Origin: Thermofilum adornatum
GTDB lineage: Archaea > Thermoproteota > Thermoprotei > Thermofilales > Thermofilaceae
DNA length: 32,000 nt
Assembly: GCF_000446015.1 (NCBI RefSeq)
Contig: NC_022093.1
Location: 120,001-152,000, forward strand
Direction of reading: 5' to 3'
How positions within the stretch are numbered: the first letter of the stretch is position 1; every line of letters begins with the position of its first letter. Below the pieces are notes generated by a model. That model ran no database searches. It had not been told where the DNA came from and saw only the letters and a program-made list of their open reading frames with translations. Positions 26,060 to 32,000 of the stretch are shown piece by piece. A program made the position numbers and the translations under genes.

Positions 26060-26941
26060 TTAGAGGTCTAGGTTCTCTTGCAAGATGTTTTTCAAAGCTT
26101 CGGAACCCATATGGTGCTTCAGCGAAACCAAAATTGCTCTGAGGAAAGACTCCCAGTTTCCAACATCTACCCAGTCTGCCTCAGACTCATAAGCTATAAA
26201 CTCTACGCCACTCTTGATCAAAAGCTGGATTGAATCTGTTATCTCGATTTCTCCCCGTGGACTTGGCTTCGTCTCTTCTATCGCTTTGAATATCTCGGGT
26301 GGAAAAATATACAAAGAGACATTTGCCAAGTTGGAGACAAATTCCTTTGGCTTCTCAACTATGCCTTTTACAAGGTAAACGAATTCCGCAACTTTATCCC
26401 CAACGATTACTCCGTATCTGCTTGGGTCTTTTACTTTTCTCACAGTTATGACTGGCTTTTTAGTCTGGCCATGCAAAGAGATAACTTTCTCCGTAACATT
26501 CTCTCCCACAAATATGTTGTCAGCAGCCGCGGCTAGGAAAAAATCGTCACCCACAAATCCCTTAGCCATGTATACTGCGTGCCCAGTTCCCCTAGGGATA
26601 GGCTGATTTACCCAGACGATAAATGACTTCTCTATTTTTTCATAGAAATCTTTTAACAGCTCTGCGTATTCATCTTTACCATTTCTTTCAAGGTATTCGA
26701 CAAAGTCCCAATCAGGAGTAAAGTGGTCTTCTATTGCACGTTTACCCCGTCCAACAACAAAGCAGAATTCACGTATCCCTGCATCATATAGCTGTTCAAA
26801 AGCGACCTGTATTACTGGTTTAAGATACATTTTGCCGTTGAACCCATAGAAAATTGGTAGCATCTCCTTCGGCATCTCTTTGCTGTAGGGGACAAGCCTT
26901 GTCCCAAGACCTGCGGCAAGCAATACTCCTTTAGAAATCAT
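26060..26941 (-). CDS. galU: UTP--glucose-1-phosphate uridylyltransferase (GalU-type sugar-1-phosphate nucleotidyltransferase)
   Basis: 293 aa. LLAAGLGTRLVPYSKEMPKEMLPI matches the GalU signature AGLGTR..P.TK..PKEMLP. Also has IEDHF and PRGTGHAV, colinear with E. coli GalU. Confidence 0.85.
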   Translation of the reverse strand: MISKGVLLAAGLGTRLVPYSKEMPKEMLPIFYGFNGKMYLKPVIQVAFEQLYDAGIREFCFVVGRGKRAIEDHFTPDWDFVEYLERNGKDEYAELLKDFYEKIEKSFIVWVNQPIPRGTGHAVYMAKGFVGDDFFLAAAADNIFVGENVTEKVISLHGQTKKPVITVRKVKDPSRYGVIVGDKVAEFVYLVKGIVEKPKEFVSNLANVSLYIFPPEIFKAIEETKPSPRGEIEITDSIQLLIKSGVEFIAYESEADWVDVGNWESFLRAILVSLKHHMGSEALKNILQENLDL

Positions 26942-27061
26942 ACATGCCTCTGCCTAGACTCCAAATATATATGTATAACGTGTAGATACGCTACCCCATT
27001 TTCTATATTTTGGCAAGGGCTAAATTTTTATACCATACCTTAACTAAGAGATTTGACAAAC

Positions 27062-27439
27062 ATGGCAAAAAAGTTTGGAGACCTGATATATTCTCCGGAA
27101 GTTGCGGCAGGCGAAGCAGTCTCAAAGGTTGAAACCCACACACCAAAGATCGAGGCTCCCGACGAGGTCAAAGCTGGGGAACCATTCTACATTAAGATAA
27201 AGGTTGGGCCACATCCAAACACACTACAACACTCGATTAGGTGGATAGAGGTATACTTTGAAGAGGAGGGTAGAGCATTCAACCCTATAATGCTTTCGAG
27301 GATACATTTAGAGCCCGAGCTCGTAGAGCCAGAAGTTACACTCAAGCTTGTCCTAAAGAAGAGCGGAGTAATTTATGCCCTAGAATACTGCAACCTTCAC
27401 GGTGTCTGGGAAGGCAGGAAAGCAATAACTGTAAAGTGA
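27062..27439 (+). CDS. sor: superoxide reductase (1Fe-SOR / neelaredoxin type)
   Basis: Track start is TTG at 27053. ATG at 27062 (MAKKFGDL…) sits ~30 nt after the TATA-like AAATTTTTATA (27022-27032). Motifs: ETHTP (in place of EKHVP), HPNTLQHSIRWIEVYF, YALEYCNLHGVWEG. Colinear with Pyrococcus SOR. Confidence 0.9.
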   Translation: MAKKFGDLIYSPEVAAGEAVSKVETHTPKIEAPDEVKAGEPFYIKIKVGPHPNTLQHSIRWIEVYFEEEGRAFNPIMLSRIHLEPELVEPEVTLKLVLKKSGVIYALEYCNLHGVWEGRKAITVK

Positions 27440-27460
27440 GCTAGTAAAAAATAATAATAC

Positions 27461-27467
27461 TTTTTTT
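27461..27467 (+). terminator. oligo-T archaeal terminator after the SOR gene
   Basis: A T7 run lies 22 nt after the TGA stop of the SOR CDS, in an AT-rich 39-nt spacer. Confidence 0.5.
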
Positions 27468-27478
27468 GCATTTATCTT

Positions 27479-28768
27479 GTGTTAACTAAAAAACAAAAAT
27501 TTGTCTACGGGTTCGCACGCTTCGGCTCTACAATTTTCATGGGTCTCTACGACTTTGCGAGCTTCTATATCTACTGGCAGGTCTTCAAGCTAGACCCCGC
27601 CCTAGCGGGAATTATGGGAGCCGCTGGAAAAATCACTATAATGATCGCCAGCTACATTATTGGCTTTATTAGTGACTCTATATGGACGAGGCTTGGCAGG
27701 AGAAAGCCATTCATATTGACAGGGGCCCCCATGCTTGCTCTCTCTGGCTTCTTACACTTCACACCAATTTATTTTCTAACAAGTATAGACCAGTCTTCCT
27801 TGTTTTTGTGGGGTGTGGGGACAAGTGTCCTTTTCCACATCTTCTATGCGTGGCTTCTAACTCCGTATCAGGCTTGGCTTCCAGAGATTTCCGAGCCTCA
27901 CGAAAGAATCGATATATCAATGATACAGAACTTGTCTAATATTTTTGGGCAAGTTGTCAGCACTGTAACAAGCTTCTCCGCCAAGATGCTCGTTGCTTCT
28001 GGGCTGTTAACGCCACTTATGGGTCTATATGCCCTCGTCCTGGTGGCATTGTTTACTCCTCAGGTCTTTATACTACCTGTCGAAAGGAAGACTGAGACTA
28101 TAAGACCCTCTTTAAGAGACTTTCTTACAGTTTTTAGGTACCCTGAATATATGAAGTGGATGGGTGTCAGAGGGCTAATGTCTGCAAGTGTACAAATGCT
28201 TTCAATCTCTATTGTTGCTTATATAGAGTACGTAATAGGAGTCGAGAAAACCCTAGCTTCTGCATCCTTTGGATTAATCCTTGTATTATTCGTTGCAGGT
28301 GCTTTCCCATTATGGAGCAGGTTGGGCAAAACACGCGGGAAAGGTTATGCCCTTTCATTGGCCATAACTGTCTTAGTAGTCACACTTCTCTTGACGCCTG
28401 TCCCTCATTTTATTAATGAAACTGCTTTAAAGATACTTTTTGGATACCTCATTGTAGCTGTTGGCGCTGTAGCAGTCTCGGCCTACGTGTTGTTCCCATA
28501 CGCTGTACTTGCTGACCTCGCACACTGGTATCAAGAAAGAACTGGCGAAAACAGGGCTGGGCTATTCACTGGATTCGAGGGGATACCGATAAACATTTTC
28601 GAGTCACTTGCATACTTGGTCACTGGTTATCTAATGAGTCTGCCAAACGTAAACGGCTACACAATGGGTCTGATCCTGTGGGGACCTATAGGTGCGTTCT
28701 TCGCCTTGATAGCTCTCTTGCTCTTAAAGAAAACAAACATTGATCCATTTCTTGCCAGGAATCGTTAA
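27479..28768 (+). CDS. MFS-superfamily transporter, glycoside-pentoside-hexuronide (GPH/MelB)-like
   Basis: 429 aa, GTG start, ~12 TM. The N-terminus KQKFVYGFARFGSTIFMG and the loop DSIWTRLGRRKPF are typical of GPH-family symporters. Confidence 0.8.
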   Translation: MLTKKQKFVYGFARFGSTIFMGLYDFASFYIYWQVFKLDPALAGIMGAAGKITIMIASYIIGFISDSIWTRLGRRKPFILTGAPMLALSGFLHFTPIYFLTSIDQSSLFLWGVGTSVLFHIFYAWLLTPYQAWLPEISEPHERIDISMIQNLSNIFGQVVSTVTSFSAKMLVASGLLTPLMGLYALVLVALFTPQVFILPVERKTETIRPSLRDFLTVFRYPEYMKWMGVRGLMSASVQMLSISIVAYIEYVIGVEKTLASASFGLILVLFVAGAFPLWSRLGKTRGKGYALSLAITVLVVTLLLTPVPHFINETALKILFGYLIVAVGAVAVSAYVLFPYAVLADLAHWYQERTGENRAGLFTGFEGIPINIFESLAYLVTGYLMSLPNVNGYTMGLILWGPIGAFFALIALLLLKKTNIDPFLARNR

Positions 28769-28801
28769 AGCTATATTTCTTTTTGTTTTTCTACATGTCT
28801 T

Positions 28802-29653
28802 GTGTACGGAGAGATACTTGCACTCATGGCTGCATTATCGTTCAGCGGGGCTGCGTTGCTCTATAGGGCAGGAGTAAAAAACAGCGACATCCACCCGCTT
28901 GTTTTGAGCGGTTTCCGCGGAATATTTGCACTTATGTTCATGCTGGTCGTCGCCCTGTTTTACCCAGTAAATCTAGCTAAGCCTCCAGTATTCTATTTAA
29001 TAGTTGCAGTCTCCATGCTTGCCTCTTTTGTAGCCGGGGACTCTGCATTCTTGTATGGTCTCCAAAGAGCCCCCGTGAGCATAGTGTATCCAGTAGCCTA
29101 TACTTTCTCTATTTCTACCTCTGTCTTCTCCCATTTTCTATTAAATGAAAACTTAGCAATGAAAGACATGCTTGCAGCAGTATTCATCATTGTTGGTGTT
29201 TTCTTTGTATATAGAGGCTCCAACTCCTACAAGTCCAACAGCCTCGTTGGGATACTTGCAGGACTAACCGCAAGCCTGTTCTGGGGGCTCGGCGTCTCGA
29301 CTATGGGACTGGCACTGCACTGGGGGAGCTCTATAGAGGTAAATATCTCGAGGTTGACTTTGCTGATCCTGCTAACTTCGCCGCTCATCCTAAACAACAG
29401 AGAAAAGCTCAGAGAACAAGTAAAACTCTCTTATCTTGCTCTTGGAGGAATAATGGGTATAGGGATAGGCCCCTTACTCTTTATGAGCTCTATTGGGCTT
29501 ATAGGCGCTTCTAGGTCAAGCATATTTATTTCTTCTACGCCGGCGCTGACGGTAGTCCTGTCAAATGTTTTCTTAAAAGAAAAGACCTCTGGAAAACTTC
29601 TTCTGGGAGCTCTACTCGTTTCAGTAGGTCTTCTTATTGTAAGCATAAAGTAG
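28802..29653 (+). CDS. EamA/DMT-family transporter
   Basis: 283 aa, GTG start, ~10 TM arranged as two similar halves. The half-ends (FLLNENLAMKDMLAAVFIIVGVFFV and VFLKEKTSGKLLLGALLVSVGLLIV) are characteristic of duplicated EamA domains. Confidence 0.8.
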   Translation: MYGEILALMAALSFSGAALLYRAGVKNSDIHPLVLSGFRGIFALMFMLVVALFYPVNLAKPPVFYLIVAVSMLASFVAGDSAFLYGLQRAPVSIVYPVAYTFSISTSVFSHFLLNENLAMKDMLAAVFIIVGVFFVYRGSNSYKSNSLVGILAGLTASLFWGLGVSTMGLALHWGSSIEVNISRLTLLILLTSPLILNNREKLREQVKLSYLALGGIMGIGIGPLLFMSSIGLIGASRSSIFISSTPALTVVLSNVFLKEKTSGKLLLGALLVSVGLLIVSIK

Positions 29654-29654
29654 A

Positions 29655-29939
29655 CTATTCCTTGGACAATTGAAGACTAAGTTTCTCACTTTTAAGGACG
29701 TGGTCTTCTTTGGACGCTTCTTCCTCATCAGACAACACTTTCACGAAGTAATACTCTGTTACCTTTGACTCTGCAATTATGTCACTTATCGATGACAATT
29801 TTTCATCGTAGGCAATCTCTATGACAGACCCGTAAACCTTTACAGACTTCACAGATGGTATCCTAAGGAAAAGGGCCTTGGAGGGGGCTACACAGCTCCC
29901 GCAACCTATACCCTTAACCTGTATACGTGCGAGACGCAT
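29655..29939 (-). CDS. small HMA-like (ferredoxin-fold, CxxC) putative metallochaperone with acidic tail
   Basis: 94 aa. ARIQVKGIGCGSCV places CxxC in the HMA loop position, and the secondary-structure pattern is consistent with beta-alpha-beta-beta-alpha-beta. The motif is GCGSC rather than the canonical GMxCxxC. Confidence 0.55.
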   Translation of the reverse strand: MRLARIQVKGIGCGSCVAPSKALFLRIPSVKSVKVYGSVIEIAYDEKLSSISDIIAESKVTEYYFVKVLSDEEEASKEDHVLKSEKLSLQLSKE

Positions 29940-29969
29940 AATTACAAAAAGATAAAGAGATAAAAATAT

Positions 29970-30956
29970 TTAGAGTTCCAGAACTATTCCCGGCACCCTT
30001 GGGAAAAGCTGCAGTTCGCCTATATGTTCAATTCCGGTAACCCATAGGAGCAACCTCTCGACACCAATACCTGCGCCAGCGCTTGGGAGAAGCCTTCCCT
30101 CCTTTGCTAGGCTCAAAAGTACCTTGTAGTTTTCAAGCGGCACACCGTCCCTCTTCATTTTTGAAACTATCTTGTCATATTTGTATTCTCGTCTAGCTCC
30201 AGACAGAATTTCTCCCACTCTTGGAACATATAGGTCATAGTTGTCCCAGACGCCTGTCGCCTCGTCTTCATAGTCGTAGAATTCTCTTGGAATGTTAACT
30301 ATCCAGAGGGGTTCTTTTAGTTCTTCTCGAAGGATGTCTGGCCACTTTTCACCATACTTCTCCTCAGCCTCACGGCTATCCATAACCTTGAAGGGGATGC
30401 TGAAACTCAAAAGGTCATATGTTCCTAGTTCTTTTAATTCACTTGAGAACCTAGCCCTTAGGAATGCAATATACTCTCTGAGTAGTTCCTCAACGAATTT
30501 CCTTACGTCGGCGGAGCTGGCTCCACGTATTTCGAAGTCTAGCTGTGTGAACTCGTAGCCATGTATGCCTGTGTTGAGTCTCTCCCTTTTTTCAATTCTG
30601 ATGTTGGGGGAAAAGATAAAGATCCTGGGAGCTAGAAGAGAAACTAGTACCTGTTTGTGTACAATCATGCTATGGGTGGTTCTCACAGTTTCTCCATATA
30701 TCTCGATCTCTATCCTTTTTTCGATACTGAAGTCGGGATCGGGCCAGAGGGGGTCTGTAGCTTTAGAGAGAATTACGGGCATTATCCACTCAAAACCCTT
30801 CTCGACAAAATATTCTGATAGGTAACGTAGGGTATGTGTCGTAATCCGTGTTGTTAGCCTTTTTCTCTCTATTTCCTCTGGGGAAAGCTCGTTGAGCTGC
30901 TTTATTTTAGACTCGTGGAGTTGCTTGAGAATTAATTTGGTTTGTTCCTTGGTCAT
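29970..30956 (-). CDS. class II aminoacyl-tRNA-synthetase catalytic-core paralogue lacking an anticodon-binding domain (archaeal AsnA-type asparagine synthetase candidate)
   Basis: 328 aa. Motif 1-like GFEWIMPVIL; motif 2-like FSPNIRIEKRE…GYEFTQLDFE; motif 3 SAGAGIGVERLLLWVTG. No OB-fold N-domain is present. Confidence 0.72.
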   Translation of the reverse strand: MTKEQTKLILKQLHESKIKQLNELSPEEIERKRLTTRITTHTLRYLSEYFVEKGFEWIMPVILSKATDPLWPDPDFSIEKRIEIEIYGETVRTTHSMIVHKQVLVSLLAPRIFIFSPNIRIEKRERLNTGIHGYEFTQLDFEIRGASSADVRKFVEELLREYIAFLRARFSSELKELGTYDLLSFSIPFKVMDSREAEEKYGEKWPDILREELKEPLWIVNIPREFYDYEDEATGVWDNYDLYVPRVGEILSGARREYKYDKIVSKMKRDGVPLENYKVLLSLAKEGRLLPSAGAGIGVERLLLWVTGIEHIGELQLFPRVPGIVLEL

Positions 30957-31074
30957 AATTCATTTTTGAACCCTCTTTATAAAAACTCTTACGGGTATTT
31001 TTTTGAAAATATTGCAATAATTGTGACAAAAATCCTTAGATAAATGGAAAAAATTCACAGGAAAAATGACTCTT

Positions 31075-31488
31075 CTAGTGCTCGTGTTCGTGAACCTCTC
31101 CTGGTTCAGCAAGCTCAAACATTATATCCACGACTCTTGCAAATTCCTTTACTTCGAGAACACTCAGACCCTCGTCGCTCTTTATGACAATATATCCCTT
31201 GTCTTCGTATTCTTTACATTCGCTTTCTGTTTTACAGGTTGCTATCTCTTCGATTATGGCTACTATGGGCTCTATGCCTCCTGAGAGTAGCTTGTACATT
31301 TCGCATGGATCCTCTATAGCTGTTACAACTTCCTCTGCATGGTGTTCCTCTACTAGTTTCAGTATTTCCTCTGCTTTTTCTAGGGGACCAACACCTATAA
31401 CTTGAACATTTTCTCCGAGGGAGTCCTTCAGCTTGTCATATATGTGTGGAGTTGCTGGGATATCTATGGCCCATATTACTTTTTTCAT
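31075..31488 (-). CDS. hypothetical small acidic alpha/beta protein with HEHEH C-terminus
   Basis: 137 aa. The ATG lies 2 nt after the upstream stop (TAAAAATG), indicating an operon. I recognise no family. Confidence 0.62.
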   Translation of the reverse strand: MKKVIWAIDIPATPHIYDKLKDSLGENVQVIGVGPLEKAEEILKLVEEHHAEEVVTAIEDPCEMYKLLSGGIEPIVAIIEEIATCKTESECKEYEDKGYIVIKSDEGLSVLEVKEFARVVDIMFELAEPGEVHEHEH

Positions 31489-31490
31489 TT

Positions 31491-32000
31491 TTAGCTCACC
31501 AGCGACAAAACGTCTAGGACTTTCTGGTAATCTGTTATGAGTCTGTTTAGCTTGTCTATGAGGTCGTTTTCGTTTGATGCATATTCAGATAGTATAACAA
31601 AGCCTTCTTCGTTTATGTCTAGACGGCTCTTTATTAGGTGTGCCCTTATCCTAAGTTGCAAAGCCTCGTCTATGGCGGAGAAGTCTCTCTTGAATATGGG
31701 GTCGCTCTCAATTATGTAGCCAAATTTTTCAACAAATATTTCGAAGCCAATCCTTGTGTCCCTCTTCGTCGAGGCCCCAACTATGCTTACAACGTCCCTC
31801 CAGTTGCGTGGTGCAACTAGGTAGCCAGACTCACGTATCAATTTAACGAGCTTCTGCATGTCGGGTGGATATTCTTCGTCTCGGGGCACATCTACCTTAA
31901 CCTCGGATCCATTTTCTATTTGTAAAACGTAGTGTTTTGGACCAAGGAACCATCCCAGGGGTATAACAGGTCCATACGGCTGGTTTGGGCCGGCAAATAG
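31491..32000 (-). CDS. hypothetical protein (partial; N-terminus beyond right edge)
   Basis: The track reports 31491..31889 from a GTG. My translation shows the frame stays open for 37 more codons to base 32000 (LFAGPNQPYGPVIPLGWFLGPKHYVLQIENGSEVKVD-), so the gene probably starts outside the window. I recognise no family. Confidence 0.62.
   Translation of the reverse strand, partial: LFAGPNQPYGPVIPLGWFLGPKHYVLQIENGSEVKVDVPRDEEYPPDMQKLVKLIRESGYLVAPRNWRDVVSIVGASTKRDTRIGFEIFVEKFGYIIESDPIFKRDFSAIDEALQLRIRAHLIKSRLDINEEGFVILSEYASNENDLIDKLNRLITDYQKVLDVLSLVS

Noticed and set aside
1-32000. Looked for CRISPR arrays, IS elements/transposases, integrases, tRNA/rRNA genes and long direct repeats marking an island
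   Set aside because: I found no regularly spaced repeats, no transposase- or integrase-like ORFs, and no GC-rich structured-RNA-like segments in any intergenic region. Gene content is core-chromosomal. A manual scan cannot exclude short or degenerate repeats.

Overview
The window reads as a gene-dense chromosomal segment (about 32 protein genes, no rRNA, tRNA, CRISPR, IS or integrase) from a hyperthermophilic, anaerobic archaeon. The organism is probably a Desulfurococcales-like crenarchaeote. That inference rests on several gene calls: XPD, Sua5, a tungsten-type aldehyde:ferredoxin oxidoreductase with its own Fe-S subunit, a 1Fe superoxide reductase, and an Aeropyrum-like O-phosphoserine sulfhydrylase. 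It also rests on AT-rich TATA-like boxes about 25-30 nt upstream of many start codons, oligo-T terminators, and frequent GTG/TTG starts. Two CDSs run off the window edges. The XPD helicase (1-1811, minus strand) is absent from the supplied ORF track. The hypothetical gene at 31491 is open to base 32000. Most of the content is housekeeping or metabolism: MobB, MoeB/ThiF-like, MetE-like, SfsA, SDR, HD hydrolase, CopA, SppA, a disulfide oxidoreductase, an AsnA-like protein, four MFS/GPH transporters and one EamA transporter. Six regions are worth a second look. (1) A synthase-type polysaccharide locus at 22.6-26.9 kb holds a QxxRW family-2 glycosyltransferase, two unassignable polytopic membrane proteins and a GalU-like enzyme. 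(2) A four-CBS protein carries a C-terminal domain that aligns by eye to the bacterial ribosome-hibernation factor fold (YfiA/HPF). (3) A small ParB/sulfiredoxin-fold protein next to the O-phosphoserine sulfhydrylase is a candidate free-serine kinase. (4) A ~690-bp AT-rich gap contains only an orphan 83-84-codon ORF. (5) Two perfect palindromes overlie core promoters. (6) An uncharacterised two-gene cassette sits at the right edge. All calls come from reading the translations by eye; no database search was possible.
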